Shown here: one piece after another, positions 28,420-43,313 of the stretch
Position numbering within the stretch: position 1 is the first letter of the stretch
Layout: every line of letters starts with the position of its first letter
Source of the DNA: the human T2T-CHM13v2.0 reference genome, Homo sapiens
NCBI RefSeq assembly: GCF_009914755.1
Contig: NC_060926.1
DNA: 64,000 nt
Direction: 5' to 3' (one strand)
Notes under the pieces: model-generated
What the model was told of the DNA's origin: nothing
What the model saw: the letters and a program-made list of their open reading frames with translations, nothing else
Databases searched by the model: none
Translations under genes and position numbers: made by a program

Positions 28420-29454
28420 TCAAATAAAATTTTATTGGAACAGCTACACTCATTTGCTTTATGTCATTGTGTCCGGCTGCCCTCATGCAGCAGGCAGAGA
28501 TCTGCTGACCCCTGGTCTAGAATGTGGAATGCTGGATCCCTGGGTTGAGGGACTATTTTAATGGTAAGTACCCATATTTAGATCTTTTTTACTGTGGTTT
28601 TGTGATGTGATCTGTCATCTCCTCTGGGCTTGCATTTCTCCAGTGACAAGGCGCTCACTCCTCCCACGGCGATGCATTCCAGCCGTCGAATTATGTAGTT
28701 CTACTGCTTAATCCTTCCTTAACTTGCTCTTCCTGAAGCCTCAACTCACTCATCTTCTTTCTCAACCCCTCAGGCCCAGCAGAAGTCCTCTCTGTCTTCT
28801 CCAGGCGCAGCCCTTCAGCCATGCAATCCTGCGTGTCCTCGTTCTTCATTCCACAAATACGTTCTAAGGGCCTCCTGCATTTCAGGCACTTCAGAGGACC
28901 TTCTGGAAGCTTCCCAGGGCCTGCTATCTTCCCTGTACTGTAAGGGGACACTTTGCTCAACTGTTCACTTGAACAGAGTCTTCAATGTCTTCTAGTGAAT
29001 TCTGGGCTGAAACCAATGTCGACTTGGCCAAATTAAGGCCACGGTCTTGGTCAGCCACCTTCCAGGTTGACTTGCCAGGGTGTCCTGGGTTGGTTTGTTT
29101 TACAGAAGCAGAGCTCCCAGGGCTCATCGCACAGCCATGGCCGAGGTGTCGGGACTCAAATTCCGGGCCCTTGGCTGTGCTTCTCACATTCTTTCCATTG
29201 TCCGACGCACTGAGGCAGAGACAGGAATTTTAACTACTCAAAAACTACTGTTTACGTATTTTACTTTGACTTCTTTCTGGGTTCTTGCATAGGCTTCAAG
29301 GAGGGAGGATATGGATGTGAGCTTATTGTACAAATGCCCTGGGTTTTCCAAACGTGTCTGATCTTAAATACACAGCCCTGCGTGCTGACCTTGTGTTAGA
29401 ACTTAATGATGCGACGTTTGCTTTGCAAACTGTGGTCCCCTCCTCATAGATCCT

Positions 29455-29722
29455 TCAATTCAACAATTGAATTCAACAAGCCCCTGGGCACCCACCGTGC
29501 ACCAGGCACTGTGTTAGGTGCTGCAGAGATGAAGATGAGGAGGATGATGGCCTGTGCCCAGGCAGGTAACAGACTAGCAGAAGGACAGGAAGCAAAGTGG
29601 GCATGTGTACCATGTGTTTAAAGCCTGAGGGAACAGCTGGTAGGATCCTCCTGGGGCTAGGTGGTGGCAGCAGCAAAGAGAGGGGACATTTGAATTGGGC
29701 TTTGAAGGGTGCATAAGAGTTT
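29455..29722 (-). mobile_element. L2 fragment
   Basis: 'ttcaacaa...gcacccaccgtgcaccaggcactgtgttaggtgctg...gacatttgaattgggctttgaagg'. Confidence 0.65.
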
Positions 29723-29727
29723 AACGG

Positions 29728-30095
<368 letters not shown>

Positions 30096-31474
30096 TCAGC
30101 ATTCTGGAAAATGTAAAAAGTTGTTCAGTGGGCAGCAGTAAAGAGGGTTTCGTTTTCCTGGAGACACTGTTGCTACTTTGCTGGCTTATACAGGGACACC
30201 CAGAGAGCGGCTGGGAAAATCAAGAACTGTGTCACCTCCTCCGTTCTTGCCCACTGTCCAGGGCTCAAGGAGATTGGGGAGCAGTTTGCAAAGGCATTTG
30301 AAGATTAGGCTCCACAGAGATGGACACTTTTTTTTTTTCCTAAATAGATACAGAGTAACCTTGTGAAGGTTTCTTTTGGGTCTGAGTAGGGGACGCACAG
30401 GGCATGGCTATGAGGGTCTCAGAAACTGGTACCTACTTTCCTCTTATTTGGCACCGGGAGCCCCTGCCGGAGGACATGTTCTAGTGACAGCCCTGGGCTC
30501 AGGCTTGGAGAGTGCATTCTCTTCCCCAGGAACGCTAGTCACAGCTCAGTAATTCACCCCAGGGACCGCACAGAGCAGGTGGGATGGTATTGATTTGTGG
30601 GCCTTTTGGCAAAACATACTCATTCCTAACTGGCGAGGGAACCGCCAGTTCATTTATTCATTTACTCTTCTGAGTCCAGCAACAACCTTAAGAGGCAGGT
30701 GTTACCTCTGGTTTCTGTTTAAACTGATGGCCAGCAAGGTAGGGCAATTTGCCTAAGGACACGCAGCTCCTAAGCTACTAAACCTCCCGCTCGCCTGGAA
30801 GAGAAGACAGGACGGGCCTATAGTGAATCATGAGTGCAGCATGAGAGTGTTAAAGGTCACAGGACGCCTCTTAGTGCCAAGGGAGTTCATAGTGGAGACC
30901 CCTTTTGCCTGAGGGACTGGGGAGGTGGTAGTTTTGAACTGGGACTTGAAGGACAGACTGGGGTAAAAGCAAGAGGAGAAGCTTGAGGGAGGACGGTGTG
31001 TGCCAGGACGGTGGGACTCAGAGGGTGGTGGGGGGCACATCCACTGTCCCCTTCCATCCTGCAGCCACTCCCTGAGGTGGCATTTCCTTGAATGACAGGA
31101 GAGGAGCCTGAGGCACGGGAAGATTAAGTAACCGGTCCTACGTATAAGGTGGCATTTGAACCCAGGTCTACCTGGCTCCATAGCCAGGCCCCGTGCCCCA
31201 CACACCACACCACCTGGCGCTTGGCCAACAGGAAATCACGTCCCCCAGTGTGTAAGTCAGGGAGGCAGAGGTGCTGAGATGCTCTCACCTGTGGGCTCCC
31301 GGGCCCAGCCATGCTCTTGGTGTTCCCTCAGGCCCTGGCTTCCCCCCTCCCTCCAGGTGGACCCGTGCTTGTGACCCTGTGCATTCTCCCACAGACTCCT
31401 CCCTGCGGGGCCACCCATCTCCAAATCCCAGCTGCATATCCACATCTGTAGAGTGTTTTAAAATAGTGATGGTA

Positions 31475-31866
<392 letters not shown>

Positions 31867-32903
31867 TCAGCTCTCTCAGGTTTTGCTCTTTCTCCTGCGT
31901 GCTTTCCCCGTGTTCTTCTGCACTGTTATCTTTCCTCTTCATCTGAGGCCATGTCTTTACCTTATGTGGTGCTGATGTGGGCCGGGGAAGCTGTGGCAGG
32001 GGCCCGGGAACCACCCCAGGGGGATGCAGAGGGAGTGGACCCTGTGGGGCTCGGCCATGGCAGAATTCTGCTCTGATTGGCTTTAGATCGTCGCCTGTGA
32101 CAGCGTTTCCTCCGCGGAGTGTGTTAGGAAGAGCAGAAATGCCTCCTGCATCTTTATTAGATCCCTCCAAATGGAAATCCAGCAGAAAGCCGATGTTCTT
32201 GTAAATATCACGACCTCCCTCCCCATGAGGTGTTTGTAGAACAGTTATTTACTCGTTTTGTTTTCCCCACCTGCAGTTTACAGAAGAAAATCAAGAAAGC
32301 GTGTTTTTCCTCCATGCATAATCCCATCCCCGACTGTAACAACAACAAAACCGTCCTCCTGTTAGGAAGCAGCAGTGACTTCTTTAGGCAGGAAAAAAAA
32401 AAAAAGCGTGCTATGCCAGAAAGCAGGAGCAGCTGGGAAGGGAGAGGGAGGGGGCCACACCTGGCCTACCCCCAGTCACCTTTTACCCAGGGATCCCCTG
32501 AGGAAAACAAGCTGTGACCTTGAGCCGGCACCAGCCCCAGGGCTGAAACCCCAGCCCTGTCTGAAGGGTTCCTTTCCCGTGTCCACCACGGCCCCGTGCT
32601 GTATAGCAGCCCCGGTGGAAAGCCTCTTTCTCCTGTACCTGGAGAAGTTGCTGGAAGAAGGAGAAGGCTCAGCACCAGCTTCTGGCTAAAATCGTGGCCG
32701 ATGGCTGGATGATTCCGGCCCCACTTTAATAAACAGGATAGATGTGCGGTAACATCAGGTTGTCAGGCCCTATTTTGTGATAGAAAGGATGAGGAGGGAA
32801 ACAAGCACAAATCAGTAGTGTCACAATCTCAACCACTTCTTCCATTTTTGTTAATAGAATCGGAGTCTCACTATGTTGTCCAGACTGGTCCTGAACTCCC
32901 AGC

Positions 32904-33733
32904 TGATACGGAAGTGGGGCAGGGAAGTGCTGGGAGGAGAAGGGCGGGTCCCTGTCGAGGGCTCCACCCCTGGGCCCATGCCCACAGCCCTAGGTGAGGA
33001 CAGACACTCCTGCCTTTACACCCAAATGCTGCATTTCCCAAGACCACCCTGGCCCACCACACTCCCATCCTGTGCCTATAAAAACCGCGAGAGCCTAGCA
33101 GGCACACACAGAAGCGGCTGGACATTGAGAGGAACACGTGGGTGGAAGAAGACACACGTGGCTGGACATCAAGAGGACGTCGGGGGAACATGCCCTGGGG
33201 AAGAGCACACAACAGATGCCGGCACGCTGGCAGGCCACTGACCAGCAGAATGCCCCGGAGTTTGGCTGGGGCGGTCGGAGAAGAGTCAGGAAAACCATCT
33301 CCCTTCTGGCTCCCCCATCTGCTGGGGGAGCTCAATAAAACCTTGCACTCATTCTCCAAGCCCACGTGTGATCTTCTGGTACACCAAGGCAGGAACCAGG
33401 GATACAGAAAGTCCTCTGTCCTTATGATAAGGCAGGGGTATAATTGAGCTGACTAACACAAGCTGCCTACGGATGGCAAACTAAAAGAGCACCCTGAATG
33501 CCCACCGGGGCTTCAGCTGTAAACATTCACTCCTAGACACTACCATGGGGTTGGAGCCCCACAGCCTGCCCGTCTGCATGCTCCCCTCGAGGTTTGACCC
33601 GTCTGCATGCTCCCCTCGAGGTTTGACCCGTCTGCATGCTCCCCTAGAGGTTTGAGCAGCGGGACACTGACGAAGCGAGCCATACCCCCATCACATGCCC
33701 TTTGAGGGGGAAAAGGGAACCTTTCCCGTTTCA
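32904..33733 (+). mobile_element. Complete ERV1 solo LTR, LTR1-family-like (830 bp)
   Basis: TG...CA termini (TGATACGGAAG...CCCGTTTCA); perfect 4-bp TSD CAGC at 32900-32903 and 33734-33737; TATAAAAA 33077; AATAAA 33334. Confidence 0.88.
33569..33655. repeat. 29-bp tandem repeat x3 inside the LTR
   Basis: cccgtctgcatgctcccctcgaggtttga at 33569, 33598, 33627. Confidence 0.95.
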
Positions 33734-34445
33734 CAGCCACAGTTTCCTGCTGTTTTCTGAAATTCCTGGTGGCCACTCCCTTGGTGTCCATGGGTGTCTG
33801 GTGTGTGCCTATGTTTGCTGCGGGCTGGCTCGGCGAGGGGGAGGTGGGCAGCTGGGGGCTCTCTGGACCCTGCGGCTGGCATGGGTTAGTGGCTCCGTGT
33901 CACCTGGTTCCTCTCACCTCTGTTTTCCCTTCTAGCCCCTGCAGGCAGGAGACTTCAACGCAGAGATTAAGAAGTTGAGATGTCTTTGTTCCCAGAGGAA
34001 AGTCCCTGCAGGCCCCGGCCTCATGGCCTCTGTGACAGCAGCAGGATTAGAGGCAGAGTTGGCCCAGAGGGAACATTTCTCCCACCCTCTGTCCCTCGGG
34101 GACCCCACTTCCCAGGTGGCCTGGAGGATGAAGTCAGGGCTCTGGCCTCATTGAGGGCCTGGAACTCTTTAGAGCCCATCAGGACCAAGCTCTGGTGGCC
34201 TTCCAGGCCCACTCAGTGGCTGGCGGTCCCACCTCCAAATGCAGGCAGACCACACTCCCTGAAGGGCAGTGGCAAGGCCAGGCCAGCACCTCTCCACTCT
34301 GAGGAAGGGGCCTTACCCAGATCCCCGTGTCCCCCACAGCGGTGGCGGTTTTATTGATGTATTGTGAAGGCACAGGGAGGGCCCTTTCCAGAGCAGGCTG
34401 CATCTCCCCTCAGCTTCCACACTCTGAACCTGCCTCCTGCCTCCT

Positions 34446-34518
34446 TCCACAGTGCCCGCCAGGTCCACAGCGCCCGCCGGGTCCACAGCGCCCGCCGGGT
34501 CCACAGCGCCCACCAGGT
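34446..34518. repeat. GC-rich 18-bp tandem repeat x4
   Basis: tccacag(c/t)gcc anchor at 34446, 34464, 34482, 34500. Confidence 0.92.
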
Positions 34519-34960
34519 TTGATGTGGGCTGAGCACACCGTCACTAACTCATTCCTTCATTCATTCTTCACTGTGTGGGGTGTCGGGACCCAGCACGGGC
34601 TCCTGGCGCAGCAGGCCTCAGACCCTGGGGAGAGCTTTGCTGGAGGAAGTGCAGTGCCAAGGACCCATGTCCTCATTCCCCCTGGGTAGAGCGTGTCGGG
34701 TGACTCTGCTGCGGTCTCCAGGAGCTGGCAAGGGAGGGGTGCACCACCAGGGAAGGGAATTCCAGGCAGCAGGCACCAGGAGCCTCATCCAAGAGAAAGA
34801 GAAGTTCCCTAGACTCCCAGGCAGGGTGAGCCGAAGGGCCTTGGAGAGTCCCTGAGGTCCCGTTTCATGGGAGACTTCTCTCACAAAGCGAATGAGCTCA
34901 AATACGGAAGATGGAGAAATGGAAAACAGAAACAGAACAGAACCTCCACCTGCTGGGTAG

Positions 34961-35264
<304 letters not shown>

Positions 35265-36271
35265 TACCTGAATCTTATCACACATTCCTTTGGAAAATGA
35301 ATCTCCTGTGATGGGAAACCAGCCATTTTCCTGGTGAGGCCTCAGCCCTGTAGCCATTCCAGCATAGTTAACCTGGGACTCTCTTCTCCTCTCTTGTCTC
35401 TCCTCTTCCTCCTATCTGGCCTGCTTGCTCCATCCTCCCCTGCTTTCTGTCTCTCTCCTCACCACGTGCCTTTGGATGTTCTGAATATGCTTTTGTTTGC
35501 CTGTCCAGCAGTATTCTCTCCACGGTCTCCTCCTGGGTGTCTGGCGTGTGCCTTGCGTGTGCTGCGGGCTGGGATCCGTGGGAATGACATAGTCGGACAT
35601 GGTCCTGAGCCTGTTGGCCTGGGGACTCCTTTTCTGTCATACTAGATGAGACAGGCGAGACTGCCCTGGAAAGCCCGGCGTGTCTGGCCTCCCCAGTGCT
35701 GGACGGTGGCCAGTGTGGTTTTCCAGGCGAGTCCGTGGGCTCCTGGGTGGGTGGTCGGGCTCGTGGGGAGATCCCAAGCAATGGTTGTAGAGGGATGGGA
35801 GGGAATGGGTGGATCCCAGAGAGAGAGAGAGAGAGAGCAGGCTGGTTCCACTGTGGCCTCGTTGTCTAATGAGGAGAGTGTACAGATAAGTCATGCTTTG
35901 TTTTGCTCTGTCTCTGGAATTTTAATCAGTTGCCCTAATTGCCTTCAAATTATTGGAAGGGAAAAACGCCAGCAGAGGGTCCTGACAGATCCCAGCTGTC
36001 TAGCTGAGGACTTATCTTCTCATTGTTCTTGGGAAACCAGTCAGGTTTAGGGACTTGAGGTGGATGATTCATTAATTCTTTTAAACTGATTTCCTCAGCC
36101 ATGTACACATGTGTGAAAGCCCTTCTTATGTTATCAGTATTACCCTAATATATCAGAGGGCTAGGATTTCTCATAAGGCGACCGTTATCTTTTGATAATC
36201 ACATAAATAACGTTTCCATAGTTCTCGAAAGCTTGCCAGATGCTTTCATGTACATTAGCTAACTTCTTAAA

Positions 36272-36596
<325 letters not shown>

Positions 36597-37535
36597 TGAA
36601 TTGGGATTCTCATCTCTTTTAAAATGAGGAAACTGAGGCTCAGAGAGGTTAAGTCATGTGCCCAAGATCACTTAGCTAGTAAGTGATGGGCAGGGCTGTG
36701 GAGCTGGTTCACTTGACTCTGCTGCCATTGCATCCAGTTTGCTCTGCCAGCGAGTCAATTGAGCATTTGGAGCATTTGCTGTGTGCCAGCCTCATGGAGG
36801 CAAACGGAGCTTCGGAACCCAGGTGTCGAGAATGAGCTGTTGGCACTCAGTCCTGGAGTGGCAGCATGGGGGGCGGGGGCAGGAGCATGGGGGACAACAG
36901 TCCAGGGAGGGCCACATGACAGCAAGCAGAGCCTCGAATGCCTGAGTCCTGGCTCCAGAGAGAGGCCAGCCTGAGCTCCTCCATGTCCTACTCCTGTGGA
37001 TAGACCCCCCGGAATGCAGGGGGCCGGGCTGAGCAAGAGGAGGAGAGGACAGGGAAGGAACATGTCTGCTTCTTTCCTTCAGGAAAGGAAAGGTGAGCTG
37101 GGCGATGGGGAAGGCCTCCACGGTGTTCTGTTGTAACGTTCTGCCACTTGGCAGCCTCACCAGGGACATATCAGCCCCAGGCTGATTATCTGCAGACCGG
37201 GATCCCATTTCTGCTGCTTTGGGAGAGAAGGGAGGGTAGCCCTGAGGCCATCCCAAATGCGAGTCTGTTCACAGAGGGGCTCTCCTGGCACCTTCCCCAG
37301 CCCAGACGCTGAGGAGGGCAGCCAGAAGCCCCTGCATCAGGTAGGAGTGCTGAGTCATGAGATTGGGTTGAATGGCGGCTTTAGCACAGCTGTGGCCTGT
37401 GTTAGAGAGGGTGAGTTTGGACCATTCCTGAGCAGAGGGGGACCTCAGAGGACAGTCGGACTGGGGAATCCCTGGCCCAGAGAGGGAAACTGGTTTTCCC
37501 AGAGTCACACAGCTAGGTGCCCCTTTGATGGTTCT

Positions 37536-37697
37536 CTCAGTGACTCACGCCTGTAATCTCAGCATTTTGGGAGGCCAAGGTGGGAGGATTACTTGAGCCT
37601 AGGAGGTTGAGGCTGCAGTGAACCATGATCATACCACTGCATTCCAGCCTGGCCAACAGAGCAAGACCTTGTCTCAAAAAGTAAATAAAAAATAAAA
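37536..37697 (+). mobile_element. Alu monomer (FRAM/FAM-like)
   Basis: Single monomer with A-rich tail. Confidence 0.85.
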
Positions 37698-38109
37698 CCC
37701 ATTCTCACTCTAACCCATACTGTATCTGATTTTTTTCCTGAGGTAGGCTTGAGATGGGAGGGTTGTTATTTTTTGTAAATGCATTAGGGGCGGAGTGGTG
37801 GGAGAGTGATTCCCCTGCAGCCCTTCTGAGGTCACTGCCACACCATGGCAAGAAAAGTATTTCTGACTCCTGGAGCTCCACGGTGTGACAGGTGGGCAGG
37901 AGCTGCTGGGGGTGCTGGGCAGACGTTTACCGTCCAGCACCCCCATTTCTGCTGCTCTGATAACTTGGATCGACTGAAGAACCTCGGGGCTTTCTTGGCT
38001 GTTTGTAGGAGCTTCCAGAAGCGACCTTTCGGGATGCCTCTTACATAGTCCTGCCTATACCCTCTACACGTGGCGTTTCAGGTCTGGAGAGTCATGTGGT
38101 GTAGCTGTA

Positions 38110-38290
38110 TTTCTGGGAAGTGTGTGACCCGAAGCCTCCTCCTGTCAGAACCACCGGGGAGCTCACAAGCTAAAGTGCAGATTCCTGGGTCATCCCAGAC
38201 CTGCTGAAGCCAAATCTTTAGGGTGGGGCCAGGAATCTGCATTTTAAACAAGCTCCGGAGGTGGCTCTGAGGCCAGCCACAGTTTGGGCA
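38110..38290. mobile_element. MER5A-like hAT-Charlie DNA transposon
   Basis: 'tgcagattcctggg...cccagacctgctgaa...ggggccaggaatctgcattttaaacaagctcc'. Confidence 0.8.
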
Positions 38291-39141
38291 CGGCAAGGCT
38301 GGGGAGCCAGGCTTGTTTCGGATCTCCAGTCCTTGTGTGGGCTGCGTGACCTTGGATGAGTTATTTCCCATCTCTGAGCCTTGGTTCTCTGGTCTGTTAA
38401 GTGGCAATCTTGCCCCTTCTGTTTTAGGCACTGTCGGGGTTGCCTGCCTTCTGGTAAGCGTTTAGTGCCCTGAGCCGACTCAGCTGGTGCTCAGGGAGGC
38501 CTGATGATTCGGGGCGCTTGGCCGGGTGGTGGGGTGGGACACCCCAGAGGGAAGGGCACTGGTCCCAGCTTGGTGGGGCAGGCCACCTGGAGGAGGGGTG
38601 GACCTTGGGAGTGGGTTATATTAGGGCCTCCAGGCCTCAGTTTGGGAGGAGCTTGCAGTGACCTTGGAGATGGTAGTGACCTTGTCCTCCTGCCCTGCCT
38701 GGGTGCACAGGCTCCCAGCACGTGGGTGGCAAAGGTCCTAGAGAGCACCCAGAGGCGGGTGTCTGCCTGGGGTCGAGTGTGGGAGCTGGGCCCAGAGCCC
38801 CCACTTCTGCCTGGCATCCGGGGGTCCCTCCGGGAAGCTGAGGTTGTTTTCTTGAACAGTAAGGACTGGCCAGAGCCCTGAGCACCGAGAGGTGAGGGTG
38901 AGGCCCCCCCTACTCTTTCCCCCACCCTCCTGGGAATGACTGCCGACATCAGGGAAGGGAGGGGCCCCAAGGCCAGTGACCTGGAATGCGATGGCCAGGG
39001 AGGCAGGAGCTGGAGGCTGTGTGGGGCACGAGGAGGCCGATCGGGTGTCCCGGGGGAGACTCCTCGCTGCTTCCCTCGGGATGGTTTCCATGAACTTCCC
39101 TCCCCGGCCCTGACGGCCTCCTCTCCTAAGCTCCCGCCTCC

Positions 39142-39439
<298 letters not shown>

Positions 39440-40517
39440 ATCCCTCCCCGCTTTTATGTCCTTTTCTCCCTCTCTGAGGTAGGGGGACCAAGCCCTCCTC
39501 CCCAAGCCCTGTCCACTGTGGGGCCTTCTACAATGTGAGCTTGTACATCTCTGTGATGTCACCCAGGTGCCACCAGGTGTGTGTGTCCTGATGCCTTTGG
39601 CCACCAGCCTCAAAATCTCCCAGAGTTCCAGGTGCTTGGTGGAAGGGATTCATGTACCCCTATCCCCATCCCTAAATGAGAGTGTCCACACCACCCGCCC
39701 TGAGTTCTGAACTTAGCCACCTCATGTACGGAAGGAGAAATGGAGGCCGCCAGAGAGGTCTAGGCCTCCGACCCTGACCTTGCTCCTCTTGGATGGTATT
39801 GGGTGGCATTCCAGGACAGCTGGGATCTTGATCATCCAGTGGGTGCCCTCACTGTGCACCTGCCTCCAGGTGGTGGCGCGGTAATTGCAAGAGCGTGAGC
39901 CCCTCCTCTGGGGCATGTTCTTGGAAATAAATACACCTCGTGTCATGGAGATGGGCAGACGAGGTGCCAGCTATTTGAACGGACAGCCCGGAGTCTGTGC
40001 AGGAGTTGGAGGTAGAGCGGGTCGAAGGCTTGCGGAGGGACAGGTGGGTCTCCCATGGATGGCTTTTCTTGGAGGCTGCAGCCAGGAGCCATTGTTTCTC
40101 TTCCCACCTGACCTTGGGTGGTTCCCCTTCAGCCCTGGCGTTATGATGTCCCGCCCAACCCCCGACCGCACACCTCCCTCCCCCTTAGCTGCTTCGAAGC
40201 CAAAGGTGTGGCAACAGCTAACAGGTGCTTGGTGGTCCCCGCCCACCCTCCTTCAGGCTCCCTACACCCACCTGAGTGGGCCTTTCTGTGTTCACTTCAG
40301 GGATGAGGCTTGGAGAAGAGGGTGTGTGAGGGGGTGCGGGTGGCCCTCCAGACTGGACCTAGGCCTGCTGCATTCTGGGTTGAGGTCCTCTTGCTGCCTC
40401 TCTGTGAGCGAGCCTCGCCTGCTGGGTGCTGAGCCCACACCGCATGTCCTCGGCCTCCCATTGAGATCAGCTATACGTGATATAGACCAGGGATGCACGC
40501 CTCATGAGGAGACGCTC

Positions 40518-40747
40518 ACTCCCCCAGACACACTGAGTACTCTTTCCTCAAGCTCAGTGCAGTTCGTCCACGTTTGCCCAGCAGCACGCCTCCCGCAGCG
40601 TTGTCAATATTTATTCGTGGTTGCCGCTGCCTCCCTCCTGGACCGCCCATTCCCTGGGCCCTGTCTGGTGGTGGCTGGCCTTGGAGAGCTGGCCTCTCAG
40701 CACAGCACCGGGCACCAGGGCTCAAGGTCAGTGGGTGTGTCTTTGGG
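40518..40747 (+). repeat. Local duplication, copy 1 (230 bp)
   Basis: Ungapped alignment to 43084-43313 with 16 mismatches by hand count (~93%). Confidence 0.95.
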
Positions 40748-40755
40748 TCCCTTAA

Positions 40756-41103
<348 letters not shown>

Positions 41104-41842
41104 TAAATAAAGATCTGGTTCTCCCAGATGAGGTTCACAGACAGATGTTCCAAGAGCACATCTGTCTGGCATCAGGAGACTCACCCATACCAAGCTCACA
41201 GTGCTGGCCATGATCCGACTCCCGCCCTGCAGCTCAAGCTTGGTCTGGAGACCTTCTCTGGCACCTGCCCCGGCTCCCCAGCCCCGGGCTTCCTGCATTG
41301 TGTGCTTCCACTCCCGTCTTCTCCACTAGGAGCTCTGTGGTACGGGCTTTCTGCACCTTGACCTCTGGGCCTCCCACCACAGCACGGTGAAGGCACCAAC
41401 TATTTCACTGCTAGATCCAAGGATGCTGGGGCCGGGGGCAGCTCTGAGTGTGTCTCATACAGTGACCTTGTTTGAGGAGGCTGTGTAGGCCCAGGATTTT
41501 CCTGGGGTGAGGGACGCCAGGTTCCTTGATGTGTTGGGACAAAGACGTTGGCTGGGCGAGGAGGCTGCCTGAGATCCCACAGTGAGGCTGGCCCTGCCCT
41601 TGCTCGCCCAGCTGATCTGACACCCTCCAGATGGCCCAAGAGAGACCGGGAGGAGCATCTGGTGGAGGACCTGGGTGTTCTGTCTGGAGATTTCCCATTG
41701 CTTTTCCAGTTTATTGTCATCTGCTTGGGACTTGAGGGTAACTTCATCTCTCAAAATAGGCTGAGACTTTTTACAGTTAGATATTTAATATACAGATGAC
41801 GGGCGGATGGTAGTGTTGTTTTAAGGGGGGATTTTGTTGCTG

Positions 41843-42069
41843 TCGTTGTTGTTGTTGTTTTGAGACAGAGTCTTGCTCTGTCACCCAGGCTAGAGTGCGA
41901 GCTCGATCATAGCTCACTGCAACCTCAAACTCCCAGGCTCAAGTGATCCTCCCACCTCAGCATCCTGAATAGCTGGGACTACAGGTGTGCGCCACCACGC
42001 ATGGCTAATTTTTTGTAGAGATGGGATGTTGCCATGTTACCCAGACTGGTCTTAAACTCCTGGGCTCAA
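41843..42069 (-). mobile_element. Partial AluJ-like with (GTT)n tail
   Basis: Right arm plus part of left arm, reverse. Confidence 0.88.
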
Positions 42070-42434
42070 CTAAAATTTTAATCTCCAATTCATACATTTC
42101 AGAAAGTATAATAATATGTAAAGCAAAATCATAATAGCAACAACAATCACTGTCATCCCACGGGTTGGTTTAGATGTAAATTTTATGCTTCCTTGCAAAA
42201 ATTTGTCGAAAGTGCCAGAAAAGCCCTTGTCCCATATCACAGTCCCATGACCCACACTCCCATGGAAAGCCTTAGAACTGATGTCAGTGTGAGCCCTGTG
42301 CTGGAGTGGAGGGTGACAGAGCTTCGGACATGAGCAGCCTCTGCTGCTGCGGCCACCCTCGCCGGCCCTGGATCCCCACACAGTGTGGGGTGTTCAGGAT
42401 TCCTCATGTGACCCTTACCCTGCCTGCCCTGGGA

Positions 42435-42960
42435 CTGTGTGCCTGTGTGCTTGCATGTGTGTATGTGCGTGTGTGCCCATATGCGTGTGTAGGTGTGTGC
42501 ATATGTGTATATAGGTGTGTGCATGTGTGTATATACCTGTGTAGGTGTGTATGTGTGTACATGTGCATTGTAGATGTGTGTGCATATGGTGACCTCAGTT
42601 CCAAAGCTTTCCATGTGTGTGTCCATACACATGTGTAGGTGTGTGCCTGTGTGTGCATATGCGCATACACATGTATAGGTGTGTGCATGTGTGCACACGT
42701 GCATGTGTAGGTGTGTGTGTGCATTGTGTGTAGGTTTGTGCATGTGTGTGCATACGTGTGTGTAGGGGTGTGCGTGTGTACACATATGCATGTGTGTGTG
42801 TGCATTGTGTGTAGGTTTGTGCATGTGTGTGCATACGTGTGTGTAGGTGTGCATGTGTGTGCACATATGCGCGTGTGGGTGTGTGTGCAGTGTGTGTAGG
42901 TTTGTGTGTGTGTGTGCATATGTGTGTGTAGGTGTGTGTGCGTGTCAGCATATGTGTGTC
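42435..42960. repeat. Degenerate (TG/CA/TA)n alternating purine-pyrimidine tract
   Basis: ~500 bp of gtgtgtgcatatgtgt-type sequence with an internal ~81-bp duplication. Confidence 0.93.
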
Positions 42961-43083
42961 TGCATTCACTCGGCCAGAGCTCCTTGAGGGCAGGGTGGTT
43001 CCCACCTCTCTGTTCCCCCAGCTCCCAGCTCCGGCCTGGCTTTTAATCACAGAGTAAGTCAAGCCTGCTTTGGGAGCCTTCTG

Positions 43084-43313
43084 ACTCCCCCAGACACACT
43101 GAGTACTCTTTCCTCGAGCTCAGTGCAGTTCGTCCACATTTTCCCAGCAGCACGCCTCCTGCAGCGTTGTCAATATTTATTTGCTGTTGCTGCTGCCTCC
43201 CTCCTGGACCGCCCATTCCCCAGGCCCTGTCTGGTGGTGGCCGCCCTTGGGGAGCTGGCCTCTCAGCACAGCGCCGGGCACCGGGGCTCAAGGTCAGTGG
43301 GTGTGTGTTTGGG
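43084..43313 (+). repeat. Local duplication, copy 2 (230 bp)
   Basis: Direct copy of 40518-40747, offset 2566 bp. Confidence 0.95.

Noticed and set aside
34327-34689. Collagen-like PPGPQR ORF
   Set aside because: Only an 18-bp minisatellite; Gly spacing is 6, not Gly-X-Y
42237-43062. His/Thr-rich ORFs
   Set aside because: Translation of (CA)n-like repeat
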